Shown: one piece after another, positions 26,867 to 37,140 of the stretch
Layout: each line of letters opens with the position of its first letter
How positions within the stretch are numbered: the first letter of the stretch is position 1
Source of the DNA: Thermoplasmata archaeon
GTDB taxonomy: Archaea; Thermoplasmatota; Thermoplasmata; Lutacidiplasmatales; UBA184
Length of the DNA stretch: 56,405 nt
Assembly (NCBI GenBank): GCA_021826685.1
Contig: JAKAYT010000006.1
Span: 1 to 56,405 of the forward strand
Reading direction: 5' to 3'
The notes under the pieces: generated by a model
What the model saw: the letters and a program-made list of their open reading frames with translations, nothing else
What the model was told of the DNA's origin: nothing
Databases searched by the model: none
Program-made: the position numbers and the translations under genes

Positions 26867-29800
26867 ATGCACCTAAAGCGTCTCAAACTGCGGAACTTCA
26901 AGTCGTTCGCCGGTGCGACCGAGATCCCGTTCGAGCCAGGGCTCACGGGCGTCGCCGGGCCGAACGGGATGGGCAAGTCGAACATCTCGGACGCGATCTT
27001 GTTCGTGCTGGGGCCGACGAGCTCGAAGGCGCTGCGGGCCGAACGCCTAACGCACCTATTCTTCAACGGCGGTTCCTCGAAGAAGCCGGCCACCGAGTGC
27101 GAAGTCAGCCTCGTGTTCGACAATGCGGACAAGATGCTGCCCGTCGATTCCCCGGAGGTCGAGATCACCCGGTACGTCAAGCTCGCACCGAGCGACCCGG
27201 ACGGCTACTACTCCTACTTCTACGTCAATGGAAAGCGCACGACCCAAGGGGAGATCGACTCGATCCTATCGCACGCGCGTCTGTCCGGCGATGGCTACAA
27301 CATGGTCCAGCAGGGGGACGTGAACCGGATCGTCGGCATGGGCCCCGTCCCTCGCCGGGCGCTTCTCGAGCACCTCGCCGGTATCTCTCAGTTCGACGAA
27401 GAGCTCGCACGGGCGGAGACGAAGCGCACCGACCTCGATGCGAACTTGGACCGGATCCGTACGATTCTGACTGAGGTGAAGAGCCATCTTTCTTCCCTGG
27501 AGGAGCAGCGCTCTCAGGCGCTCCAGTACCGGCAGGTCCAGGAGGAAAAGCGGCGCAACGAAGCGCGTCTTGCCCGGGCCGACCACCTGATGGCCAACAA
27601 GGAGGCCGAGACGTGCCGTGCCCAGGTAGAAAGCTCGCGCGCGGAGATCGAGCGGTTGTCCCAAGAGCACCAGCGACTCACGGGGGAGAAGGACTCCCTC
27701 TCGGCGCAGATCGAGCAGCTCAACCAGGAGATCGCGAAAGCCGGAGGAGAGGAAGCGAAGAAGTTCCGCGCGGAGTTGGACGAGAAGACCCTCGCCCACG
27801 CCCGGCTCCAATCCGGCCTCGAACACGCGGAGGAGTCCCTCCAGGACCTCCGAACGACGGTGGAAGAGCTGACTCGCCAGATCGCCGCGGACGACAAGGA
27901 GCTCGCGCGGTACTTGGCCGACGAGACCCAGCGAGCCGAGGCGCTCACCGCGGCGACCGCCCAAGGCGAGGAGGCCACGAGGACGCTCTCCGAACTGACC
28001 GGGGGCTCCGATCACTCTCAGAAGAAGCTCGCGGGCGCCCGCAAGCGCCAGCTCGAGCTAGAACGGCAGCAGACGGACAAGCAGACGGCTTGGAAGGCGG
28101 CGATCGAGAAGCGCGAGGCCGCGAAGGCCGCGGTGGAGGCCGCCGAGCGAGCGCGCGCTCAGGCCGAGGACGATCAACGGGCGCGCAGCGTGGAAGTGAA
28201 GGATCTCGAGCTTCGCGTGCGCGAGGCCGGGTCCGGAACCGGCAAGGGTGCGTCGACCGGCGACCTACAAAAGGAGCTGTTCCAGCTCAAGAACAAGGAG
28301 AAGATGCTCACGGCCGAGTCCGACCGCCTCGGCCGGGAGCTCCTCGAAGCGAATCGCCAGTACATGGCGCTCGACGCCCGGCTAAAGGTCCGGGCCGAAT
28401 CGGGCCGGGCGGGGGCGTACACCGCCGTCGATTACATCGTCTCTCAGCGCAATCTCGGCAAGATATCGGGGATTCGCGGGACCGTCGAGGAGCTCGCGCA
28501 TTACGATCCGAAGTATCAGACCGCGCTCGAGGTGGCCGCCGGCGCCCGCCTCCAAGCGATCGTGGTCGAGAACGACCAGATCGCCGAGGATTGCATCAAG
28601 CTCCTGCGATCGGAGAACCGAGGGCGGGCGACCTTTCTGCCGCTCAACAGGATCCTTCCTAACCGTCCGAAGGGCAAGTCCCTGATCTCCGCTCAGGCCC
28701 CCGGATCGGTCGGATTCGCGCTCGACCTCGTGAAATTTGACGAGGAGCTCCGCCCGGCGTTCTGGTACGTCTTCGGAGAGACCGTCGTCTTCGACGATCT
28801 CCCGCACGCGCGAGCCCAAATGGGGGGGGTCCGGCTCGTGACCATGGCCGGCGACCTCATCGAGGCGACCGGTGCGATGACCGGCGGGTCGTTCGATAGA
28901 TCGAAGTCCGGTCGCTCGCACGAGACCGCGGCGGAACTGAAGCGCCTCGGCGAGGAGGTAACGACCAAGAGCGCGGCCGAGAACGCCGCGCGGGCCGAGC
29001 TCGCCAAGGTGGTGGAGCGGGTCCGGGAGATCTCGACCGAGCTATCCACGCGTTCGATCGAGGCGAGCGCCCACGCGTCGAACCGTCAGGTCCTGGATCG
29101 GGAGCTCGCCCAAGCGCACCAGCGTCTCAACGAAGCGACCCAGCGTATCCGTGCGGCGGCGGACGACCACTCGGCATCCTCGAGGTCGCTCGCGGAGGCC
29201 GAGTCGCTCGTGGCATCGCTCAACCAGGAGCTCGAAGCTCTCACGGCGCAGGTCGCGGCGTCCCGCGAAGAGTTCTTGAGCCACCTTCCGAGCCAAGCCT
29301 CCCAGCGCATCCGCGAGCTGCAGGAGGTCGTCCAAGCGTCGACCGACAGCCGCGTGCGCCTCAGCGGAGAGCTCGAGTCGATCCGCACCTCCATCGCCGC
29401 GCTCCGCCAGCGGCTGGCCGAGGAACGGTCGCGCCTCGCGACCGGCCAGAAGGACATCGCCGCGCGCACGAAGGAGATCGAACGCGCTCGCAAGACGGTC
29501 GCCCAGGCAAAGGCGGCGGTCGAGGCCCTCAAGCAGGTGGAAGAGCAGCAAGGCTCTGCGGCGCGGGAGCTACAGGATTCGAAGCACGCCCTGGACGGGC
29601 GTCTGGTCACCCTCATCGAGAAGCTCGCCGCGGTCTCGAGCCAGCTCGAGACCCGACGTTCGATGCTCGGGCAGGAAGAGACGCGCGTGCAAGTCGCCGA
29701 GCAGCGGCTGGCCGAAATCACCGAGGCGCTGCGCGAGTTCCCCGAGCCAGAACCGGACGAGAAGCCGATCCCGGTGGACGAGTTGAAGCGCACGATCGCC

Positions 29801-30532
29801 ACGCTCGAGGCACAGCTGACCGCCATGGGCTCCGTCAACCTGAGGGCCCTCGAGGAGTTCGACCAGGAAAAGGCGCGGGTCGACGAGTTCGAGAGCGAGG
29901 TCGCCCGGCTCACGACCGAGAAGACCGAGCTCGTGAAGCTCGTGACCGAGATCGAGGAGAAGAAGCGCGCGAAGGTTTCCGCGGTCGTCGGCCAGGTCAA
30001 CGACTATTATTCCGAGGTCTACCGCGAGCTCTCGGGCGGGGGCCTGGGGAGCTTGGCGCTCGAGAACGAGAAGGACCCCTTGGCCGGAGGCCTGCTCATC
30101 CATGCGCAGCCCGTCGGTAAGACGGTCCACCGGCTCGAGGCGCTCTCGGGCGGAGAGAAATCGCTCGCCAGCCTTGCCTTCATCCTCGCCCTGCAGCGCT
30201 ACGATCCCAGTCCGCTCTACGTGTTCGACGAGGTCGACCAGAGCCTGGACGGTCTCAACGCCGAGTACGTCGGACGGATGCTCGCTCGGAATGCCGAGCG
30301 GGCGCAGTTCGTCGTGATCTCCTTGCGTAAGGTGACCCTGAAGTTCGCCCACCGTCTCTACGGCGTGACGATGCGGGGCGACGGCTGCTCGCGCGTCGTG
30401 GGGCTGCGCCTGGACGACATCCGCGACGTCGACGAGAAGGGCTCCGAGCCGACCCGCGGCCGCGCCGGACCCGCTCCAACGTCCCCGAACGTTCCGACCG
30501 GGCCGACCGTGTCGGTCCCGGGGGCGCGATGA
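26867..30532 (+). CDS. smc: chromosome segregation protein SMC
   Basis: NFKSF, GPNGMGKSN, QGDV, hinge GRATFLPL and LSGGEKS/DEVD motifs; long coiled coils. Confidence 0.97.
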   Translation: MHLKRLKLRNFKSFAGATEIPFEPGLTGVAGPNGMGKSNISDAILFVLGPTSSKALRAERLTHLFFNGGSSKKPATECEVSLVFDNADKMLPVDSPEVEITRYVKLAPSDPDGYYSYFYVNGKRTTQGEIDSILSHARLSGDGYNMVQQGDVNRIVGMGPVPRRALLEHLAGISQFDEELARAETKRTDLDANLDRIRTILTEVKSHLSSLEEQRSQALQYRQVQEEKRRNEARLARADHLMANKEAETCRAQVESSRAEIERLSQEHQRLTGEKDSLSAQIEQLNQEIAKAGGEEAKKFRAELDEKTLAHARLQSGLEHAEESLQDLRTTVEELTRQIAADDKELARYLADETQRAEALTAATAQGEEATRTLSELTGGSDHSQKKLAGARKRQLELERQQTDKQTAWKAAIEKREAAKAAVEAAERARAQAEDDQRARSVEVKDLELRVREAGSGTGKGASTGDLQKELFQLKNKEKMLTAESDRLGRELLEANRQYMALDARLKVRAESGRAGAYTAVDYIVSQRNLGKISGIRGTVEELAHYDPKYQTALEVAAGARLQAIVVENDQIAEDCIKLLRSENRGRATFLPLNRILPNRPKGKSLISAQAPGSVGFALDLVKFDEELRPAFWYVFGETVVFDDLPHARAQMGGVRLVTMAGDLIEATGAMTGGSFDRSKSGRSHETAAELKRLGEEVTTKSAAENAARAELAKVVERVREISTELSTRSIEASAHASNRQVLDRELAQAHQRLNEATQRIRAAADDHSASSRSLAEAESLVASLNQELEALTAQVAASREEFLSHLPSQASQRIRELQEVVQASTDSRVRLSGELESIRTSIAALRQRLAEERSRLATGQKDIAARTKEIERARKTVAQAKAAVEALKQVEEQQGSAARELQDSKHALDGRLVTLIEKLAAVSSQLETRRSMLGQEETRVQVAEQRLAEITEALREFPEPEPDEKPIPVDELKRTIATLEAQLTAMGSVNLRALEEFDQEKARVDEFESEVARLTTEKTELVKLVTEIEEKKRAKVSAVVGQVNDYYSEVYRELSGGGLGSLALENEKDPLAGGLLIHAQPVGKTVHRLEALSGGEKSLASLAFILALQRYDPSPLYVFDEVDQSLDGLNAEYVGRMLARNAERAQFVVISLRKVTLKFAHRLYGVTMRGDGCSRVVGLRLDDIRDVDEKGSEPTRGRAGPAPTSPNVPTGPTVSVPGAR

Positions 30533-31524
30533 CGATCTCCGAGACCGAGGCGCGCAGCCTCGGAGGGACCCCGACCCCGACGCCGCCCGGGAGCACGTCG
30601 GCCGTTCCACGGGAGGCGGCGGAAAAGGTACTCAACTACCTCGTCTTCCACCGCTCCTTGATCGGGGAGGAGGAAGCGTCGAACTCGTTGCTCGACCGGT
30701 ACCTGAGCCTCGTTCAGAACCTGGAGGAAGGGGTCCACGTCGTGATCACGGACCCGTTCCAGAAGGCGACGGCGATGCTCTTCGAGCTCGTGCTCGCCGA
30801 GTCGTTCGATCCGTGGGAGATCGACCTCGTCAAGTTCACCCAGACGTACGTCGAGCGGGTGCACGAGGAGGCGTCCCTCGACTTCCCCGTCGCGGGACGC
30901 TTGCTTTCGATGGCCTGGAACATCCTCTATCTCCAGTCGGAGGAAGTCCTCCACCACCGCGAGCTGCCGCCCGAGGGGGACCTCGCGGGCCTGGACGCCC
31001 CCGCACTCGATCCGTCCTCGGAGACCTACCTCGACATGCTCGACACTCCGGAGTCGGTCGACGTCACCTCCACGATCCTGGACGATGCCACCTCCTCTCC
31101 GCTGCTCGAGATGGTCCGCCATCCCGAGACGCGGCCGGTCAGCCTGCTCGAGCTCGTCCGCGCGTTCGACGAGGCGGAGACGGAGGCCCGCGCCTCGGCC
31201 CGCATCCAGGAGCTCCGCGAGCGGCTCCGGGAGGAGCAGCGCGCTCCCCCCGAGGTCCTGGTCCACGGCGACATCCCCGAGCAGGATGTGGAAGCGGTCT
31301 GGGCCGGAGTGCTCCGCCATCCCAAGGACGAGCCGTTTCCCTTCCTCGACATCTGGAAGGAGTCGAGCGGGCGGAGCCGGTTGGTCGCGCTGTTCCTCGC
31401 CTCTCTCTACCTCGCGCGCGAGCAGTCGATCCACTTCGAACAGGAACGGCTCCTCGAGACGCCGATCCTCCTCATTCGAAAGGTCGACGAGCGGCACCCG
31501 GTGATCGAAGAGGAGGCGTCCTAG
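30529..31524 (+). CDS. scpA: kleisin ScpA
   Basis: FDPWEIDL and C-terminal FLASLYLA...EQE; coupled to smc. Confidence 0.88.
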   Translation: MTISETEARSLGGTPTPTPPGSTSAVPREAAEKVLNYLVFHRSLIGEEEASNSLLDRYLSLVQNLEEGVHVVITDPFQKATAMLFELVLAESFDPWEIDLVKFTQTYVERVHEEASLDFPVAGRLLSMAWNILYLQSEEVLHHRELPPEGDLAGLDAPALDPSSETYLDMLDTPESVDVTSTILDDATSSPLLEMVRHPETRPVSLLELVRAFDEAETEARASARIQELRERLREEQRAPPEVLVHGDIPEQDVEAVWAGVLRHPKDEPFPFLDIWKESSGRSRLVALFLASLYLAREQSIHFEQERLLETPILLIRKVDERHPVIEEEAS

Positions 31525-32160
31525 ATGCCGAGCAAGGTCGACCGCGTGGTCCTCCAGGTCGAGGCCGTCCTGTTCGCGAGCGGAAGGCCGCTCAGCGTGA
31601 GCGAGCTCACGGAAGCAATCGGGGCGGGCGACCATCGGGTGGTCCAGCACGCCGTGCGGACCCTGGTCGGGGCGTACGAGCACCGCCAGTCCGCGCTCGA
31701 AGTCCGACGCGTCGGAGATCGCTACGCCCTCCAGCTTTGCGAGGAATACGTCCCGGTCGTCCAAGCCGTGACGCCGGTCGAGATGGCGCCCCGGACCCTC
31801 AAGACCCTCACGCTGATCGCCTACCACCAGCCGATCCTGCAGAGCCACCTCGTCCGGATGACCGGTGACTCGGCCTACGAAGAGGTCCAGCGCCTGCGCG
31901 GGATGGGACTCATCCACACCGAACCCAAAGGCTCGACCCTCGAGCTGGCGACGAGCCGGAGGTTCGCCGAGTACTTCGGCATCGGCTCGACCAAGCCACA
32001 GGAGATCCGAAAGTTCCTCGAGTCGAAGCTCGGCATCGCGTCGACTCCGCCGGGCCCCGAGACCCCCACCGCGGCGGTAGCGCCCTCGAGCCCTTCGAGT
32101 GAGGCCGCGCCGGGCGAGAGTCCGCCCGCCCCCGAAGAACCACCGGCGCCTCCCGCATGA
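31525..32160 (+). CDS. scpB: ScpB
   Basis: VEAVLFAS, TLTLIAYHQPI and FAEYFGI motifs. Confidence 0.93.
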   Translation: MPSKVDRVVLQVEAVLFASGRPLSVSELTEAIGAGDHRVVQHAVRTLVGAYEHRQSALEVRRVGDRYALQLCEEYVPVVQAVTPVEMAPRTLKTLTLIAYHQPILQSHLVRMTGDSAYEEVQRLRGMGLIHTEPKGSTLELATSRRFAEYFGIGSTKPQEIRKFLESKLGIASTPPGPETPTAAVAPSSPSSEAAPGESPPAPEEPPAPPA

Positions 32161-32215
32161 GCGCCCGGACGTCCGTCGCGTCGACCATTAATCCTCGGAG
32201 CGTCTCGGCGGCCCG

Positions 32216-32641
32216 ATGGTCGATGCGGTGGAAGCGGCAGACCCGAACTGCGTCTTCTGCCAGATCGTCGCGCGCACGGCGCCCGCCTACATCGTCTACG
32301 AGGACGAGGAGGCCCTCGCGTTCCTCGATATCTTCCCGTTCACTCGGGGTCACCTTCTCGTCATCCCCAAACACCACGTACCGCGCCTGACCGACCTGCC
32401 CGAGAGCGAGCACGCGGCGTACCTCCGAGCGCTCGCGAAGGTCTGCCGCCGTGCCGAGCGACTGAGCTCCGACTACAACATCGCCCTCAACCAGGGGGCG
32501 AAGGCGGGCCAGATCGTGTTCCACCTACACTTCCACGTCATCCCTCGCTACGGGGAGGGAAACCCGTTCCACTCGCGCCCGAGGGATCGGCTGCCCGAGG
32601 CCGAGGCTCGCGCGCTGGTCGCGGCGCTGAGCGCTCCGTAG
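32216..32641 (+). CDS. HIT family hydrolase
   Basis: CVFC, GHLLVIPK and HLHFHVIPR motifs. Confidence 0.94.
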   Translation: MVDAVEAADPNCVFCQIVARTAPAYIVYEDEEALAFLDIFPFTRGHLLVIPKHHVPRLTDLPESEHAAYLRALAKVCRRAERLSSDYNIALNQGAKAGQIVFHLHFHVIPRYGEGNPFHSRPRDRLPEAEARALVAALSAP

Positions 32642-32644
32642 TCC

Positions 32645-33529
32645 ATGGCGTCCGTCCCCCGGCACCCGGCGGTCGCCGGTCAGTTCTACGAAGGGGACCT
32701 CTCCGCCCTTCGTCGGCAGGTCGATGCGTGCTTCGCTGACCCTCGGGGGCCCGGCCCGCTGCGGAACGCCCCGAAGGCTCGGCAGGGCCGGCGGATGCGC
32801 GCCGCGGTCGTGCCCCACGCCGGCCTTCCGTTCAGCGGACCGATAGCGGCGCACGCCTACGCCGAGCTCGCCGCCGATCCCGTGCCGGAAGCGGTGCTCA
32901 TCCTCGGCGTCGATCACCATGGGATCGGCCCCCTGGCCGCGCTCTCCCTTCGGCCATGGCACACGCCGCTCGGCGATGTCCCGATCGCGTCGGACCTCGC
33001 CCGCGCCCTCACCGTGCCCCCGGTGACGATCGACGAGGCCGCGCACGCACTGGAGCACTCGATCGAGGTGCAGCTCCCGTTCCTCGAGCGGGTCGTTCCC
33101 GGCGTGCCGTTCGTCCCCCTCCAGATCCACTACGCCGAGCTCGATGCCTTGCGACGGGTCGCGCGGATCGTGCAGAACGCGGTGCGCGGAGGCGACGTCG
33201 TCGTGCTCGCGTCGAGCGACTTCACGCACTATCGGCCGGCCGAGGTCGCCCGCGCGCTGGACGAGGAGATGCTCGCCCGGATTTTGGCGCGGGACGGCCC
33301 GGGGCTGTATCGCCTCGTGCGCGACCGCGAGCTCTCGATGTGCGGGATCGCCCCGGTCACCGTCCTGCTCGAGGCCCTGGCGGACGAGCCGTTGACGGCG
33401 CGGCTTCTGCGCTACGGCCATTCGGGGGAGGCGGCGCCGATGCGCGAGGTGGTGGGATACGCGAGCATCGCCTTCGAACGCGACCTCGGACCCGCCCCTT
33501 CCGCCGCGGGCCGCCCCTCCGTTAAATAA
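32645..33529 (+). CDS. MEMO1 family protein (AmmeMemoRadiSam protein B)
   Basis: PAVAGQFY, PHAG, EHSIEVQLPFL, SSDFTHY, MCG and VVGYAS motifs. Confidence 0.93.
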   Translation: MASVPRHPAVAGQFYEGDLSALRRQVDACFADPRGPGPLRNAPKARQGRRMRAAVVPHAGLPFSGPIAAHAYAELAADPVPEAVLILGVDHHGIGPLAALSLRPWHTPLGDVPIASDLARALTVPPVTIDEAAHALEHSIEVQLPFLERVVPGVPFVPLQIHYAELDALRRVARIVQNAVRGGDVVVLASSDFTHYRPAEVARALDEEMLARILARDGPGLYRLVRDRELSMCGIAPVTVLLEALADEPLTARLLRYGHSGEAAPMREVVGYASIAFERDLGPAPSAAGRPSVK

Positions 33530-33557
33530 CGCCCCCGGCTCCGCCGCCCGACCCGGC

Positions 33558-34142
33558 ATGATCCTCTCCGACACGAAGATCCGGGACGAGATCCGCAAGG
33601 GGCGCATCGTCATCCGTCCCTATCGCCCCTCGTCGCTCGGCACGAACTCCTACGACGTCCACCTGGGCCCGTACCTCGCGGTCTATCGGGACCCGGCGCT
33701 GGACGCGCGGGTCCTGAACCCGGTGAAGGAGTTCCGCATCCCGAGCTCGGGGTATGTGCTCGTCCCCGGCCAGCTCTACCTGGCCGTGACCGAAGAGTAC
33801 ACGGAGACCCATGGGTTCGTCCCGTTCCTCGAGGGCAAGTCGAGCCTCGGCCGGCTCGGGATCGACATTCACGCGACCGCCGGCAAGGGCGACGAGGGAT
33901 TCTCGAACTACTGGACGCTCGAGATGAGCGTCAAGCTCCCGGTCCGCGTCTACGCCGGGATGCCCGTCGGCCAGCTGATCTACTTCGAGATCTCCGGCCC
34001 GGTGCGGAACAGCTACGCGACCAAGCGCTCGGCGAAGTACCGCAAGGTCTCCGCGCACCCGCAGCCGTCGAGGATGTACCTCAACTTCCCCCAGGGCCGC
34101 GCGCGCGGACGCCGCTACCGCGCGCCCCGCGGAGCCAGATAG
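33558..34142 (+). CDS. dcd: dCTP deaminase
   Basis: MILSD, EGKSSLGRLG, WTLE and GQLIY motifs. Confidence 0.92.
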   Translation: MILSDTKIRDEIRKGRIVIRPYRPSSLGTNSYDVHLGPYLAVYRDPALDARVLNPVKEFRIPSSGYVLVPGQLYLAVTEEYTETHGFVPFLEGKSSLGRLGIDIHATAGKGDEGFSNYWTLEMSVKLPVRVYAGMPVGQLIYFEISGPVRNSYATKRSAKYRKVSAHPQPSRMYLNFPQGRARGRRYRAPRGAR

Positions 34143-37006
34143 AACGCGGGGCGGCCGGGCCTCGCGCGCTCGCGACGATTCATCGGGTCTGCCTCGCCCG
34201 CCTCGTGCTCCGGGAGCACCCGCACTTCGGCGAACCCGAACCTCCGGACCAGGTAGGCCTCGGCGGCCCGGAGGATCCCGACCTCGTCGATCCGCACGGG
34301 AGATAGGGGAGGCTCGGACCGCAGGAGGGGCGCGACGCGCTGGACGTACTTCGGGATCTCGGTCCGGTGGGAGGAGACCTCCGGGTGGGCGAGGGCCCGC
34401 TCCATGATTTCCGCGACCCGCGGGGTCTCTCCGCGGTCGAGGGTCTCGCGCATCCACGTCTCGACCTCGCGCTTCCACGGGGCCGCGACGAAGAACAGCG
34501 CATCCTCGGGCACCGGCTCCTTTCTCTCCATCACCGGACGCAGCACGTGACGAAGGTCCTCCTCGACCGTTGCGAGAAAGCGTTCGGACTCTTGCGCGGC
34601 CTCGGCCCGCGGGAACTCCTCGGGTGTCGGGAACGGTGCCACCGCGACGAGGCTGTTCACACGACCCTGGGCCAACTCTTCGGCGAGGTGAGGGGTGATC
34701 GGGGACAACAGCCGGATCCACGCGCGGCCCAGTCGATCGGTCGCGGCCCCCGGGACCCCTCCCCGGGCGTAGTAGCGGCGCAGGACGGTCGGAACCGAGA
34801 CGTAGATTGCCTCGGCCGCGTCCCGCAGTCGCGCCTCCGAGAACCCTTCGACCGCGCGCCGGACGATGTCGTGCATCTCGCTGTCCAGCCAGGCATCCAG
34901 CTCCGGGGTCCCCGGCGAGTCACCGGGGGTCCCGATGACCAGGCGCTCTACGTCAGCCAGGCGATCCTGGGCCGCGTCCGCGAGCGCCGGGTCCCACTCG
35001 AGATCGAACGCCGGGAGGGCGGCGGTCGCGTACGTGAGCCGGAGCGCGTCGGCGCCCCAGCGTTCGAGCGCCTCTCGGATGGGCGGGATCGGGCCGCCCT
35101 TCCCCCGGATGTCCTTCTTGGAGACCTTCTCGCCGGATTCGGTCGTGATCCATCCGTGCACGAAGATCCCGCGGGGCCACAGCTCGGGGGGTAGCAGGCG
35201 AGCGTGCGTCAGAACGAACGGCGGAAGATGAACGCGCTTGTGTTCCTTCCCGGCGATGTTGAGGTCGAGCGGGTACCAATACAGGAACTCCGCGCGCGCC
35301 TCTTTCTGGATCTCGATATCTACGGTCGGCTCGCCGTGCCCTTCGCCCAGGAAGACGAAGTCGAAGAACGCCTCGGTCAGCTGTTCGGGGGTCAGGCCCC
35401 GGCTCGCCACCGTCCGTCGGACGATGTAGTACGCCGGATAGAACGTCGAGTCCGCGATCGGTTCGATGACCCACTCGGGATCGAATGGGAATGGCGTTCC
35501 CAGCCACCGCCCCCGACGGGTGCATGGGCGATCGTCGATCCAGTCGATGATCTGGGGGAAGTCCCGGGCATAATCGTCCGGGGAGATGGTGAGCCGGGCC
35601 AGCGCTTGTCGCCCGAGATCCTTCCACTCGGGATCGCTGTAGCGTAGGAACCACTGGCGCGGGATCCGTCGGATGACGACCGCATGACCGTTGCGGCAGA
35701 GGACCGGCTCGCTGAACTCTTGGAGCTCGAAGCCCAGTCCGCCCTGGTAGAGCCGCTCGGTGATCCGTTCGCGCGCCTCGCGGACCGGCACTCCGAGCAG
35801 GTCGGGCACGGTCATCGTCCCGCGGGTGAACTCGAGCCGGTAGAGGCGCTCCGTCGCCTCCTGGAGCGCCTCCGTGTCGGCGAGCCGCTTCGCCCCGGAC
35901 GCCCGGTTCGCGCGCTCGGCGGGGGTTCCGGGCCCGCCGCCCAGGGTTTGGTCCGATGCCGGTAGCTCGTGCGCCGGCGGTACGGCCAGGATGACCGGAG
36001 GGGAACGGACGATCTCCTTCCACTTCGGAGAGAGCGCGGCGAGGCCCAGCGCGTCCGCGGGGGAGTGGGCGGGGACGGACATCACGACGCCGGTCCCGAC
36101 CTGAGGATCGACCAGCGGGCTCGCTAGGACCGGGACGTGCACCCCGGTCAGTGGCGCTACCACCATCTTCCCGATCAGCTCAGCGGGGGGGACGACGTGC
36201 CCTACGCGACCGCCGTACTGCTCGGTGAGTCGCTCGGCGCCCGCGCGGGACACGAGATAGGTCTTGCCCTCGTGGTGCCAGACGCTCAGACCCTCCTTCT
36301 CGGGGATCCAAAGGTTCGTGATCCCGTAGATCGTCTCGGGCCGGAGCGTCGCCGCTAGGAGCATCCGCCCGTCCTCGAGTCGAAAGGCGAGGGTCGTGAA
36401 GCGCACGATTTCGGCCGAGCCGCCGCGGGAGAGGTCCGTCTCCGATGGGTCGACCGCGACCGGGCCGCAGATCGGGCAGACCGGCGCGAAGTGGGTCTTC
36501 TGGACGAGGGCTCCGAAGCTCTTCAGCCGGTGGAACTGCCAGCGGATGAACGCCCGATAGTCCGGGTCGATGGTCGTGTAGTAGGCGCTCTCGTCGAAGA
36601 GGAAGCCCATTCTCCGAAAGACCTCGAGGTAGTTGCGGCCCAGGAAGCGGACCACGGTCTCGGGATCCTCGAGCTTCGGCCACTCGACGGGGTCCACTCC
36701 CTCGCTCTCGAGCGCTTGCAACACTGCCGGGTTCCGGTCCTTGACCCGCTGGGCGAACGTGACGGCAGGCAGGCCCGATCCATGGACCCCGAAGGGGAAG
36801 AACGTCTGCGATCCCCGCATCCGGTGGAAGCGGTGGAGCGCGTCGGCGTACACCAAGCCTCGAAGGTGTCCTACGTGCAGGAACCCGCTTGTCCCGGGGT
36901 AGGCGACGATCGCGTAGAACTTGGAGCGATCGTCGCGGCGGACCGCGGTGGCGATCTTCGCCTCCCTCCACACCTCTTGCCACTCGCGTTCGCGTGCCCG
37001 CTCCAT
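34115..37006 (-). CDS. leuS: leucine--tRNA ligase (archaeal type, variant motifs)
   Basis: HVGH; editing domain ATLRPET and GTGVVMSVPAH; WVIEPIADST; KVSK; C-terminal ARPGRPAF. Confidence 0.88.
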   Translation of the reverse strand: MERAREREWQEVWREAKIATAVRRDDRSKFYAIVAYPGTSGFLHVGHLRGLVYADALHRFHRMRGSQTFFPFGVHGSGLPAVTFAQRVKDRNPAVLQALESEGVDPVEWPKLEDPETVVRFLGRNYLEVFRRMGFLFDESAYYTTIDPDYRAFIRWQFHRLKSFGALVQKTHFAPVCPICGPVAVDPSETDLSRGGSAEIVRFTTLAFRLEDGRMLLAATLRPETIYGITNLWIPEKEGLSVWHHEGKTYLVSRAGAERLTEQYGGRVGHVVPPAELIGKMVVAPLTGVHVPVLASPLVDPQVGTGVVMSVPAHSPADALGLAALSPKWKEIVRSPPVILAVPPAHELPASDQTLGGGPGTPAERANRASGAKRLADTEALQEATERLYRLEFTRGTMTVPDLLGVPVREARERITERLYQGGLGFELQEFSEPVLCRNGHAVVIRRIPRQWFLRYSDPEWKDLGRQALARLTISPDDYARDFPQIIDWIDDRPCTRRGRWLGTPFPFDPEWVIEPIADSTFYPAYYIVRRTVASRGLTPEQLTEAFFDFVFLGEGHGEPTVDIEIQKEARAEFLYWYPLDLNIAGKEHKRVHLPPFVLTHARLLPPELWPRGIFVHGWITTESGEKVSKKDIRGKGGPIPPIREALERWGADALRLTYATAALPAFDLEWDPALADAAQDRLADVERLVIGTPGDSPGTPELDAWLDSEMHDIVRRAVEGFSEARLRDAAEAIYVSVPTVLRRYYARGGVPGAATDRLGRAWIRLLSPITPHLAEELAQGRVNSLVAVAPFPTPEEFPRAEAAQESERFLATVEEDLRHVLRPVMERKEPVPEDALFFVAAPWKREVETWMRETLDRGETPRVAEIMERALAHPEVSSHRTEIPKYVQRVAPLLRSEPPLSPVRIDEVGILRAAEAYLVRRFGFAEVRVLPEHEAGEADPMNRRERARPGRPAFYLAPRGAR

Positions 37007-37140
37007 CGCGACTGCGGGCGAGCCGGGCGGTCTATTTTAGCGACACCCGACACACGCGCCCCACGGCGTTTCCTCGCCGGTCGCGGCCGCGCGTCCGAGC
37101 GAAGAGCTCATGCCTCGCTCCATCGCTGGGACCCGGGCCG

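Noticed and set aside
32216-34142. HIT-MEMO1-dcd run after smc-scpAB as a novel SMC-based (Wadjet-like) defence system
   Set aside because: SMC, ScpA and ScpB are canonical housekeeping types, and no JetD/Toprim nuclease is present.
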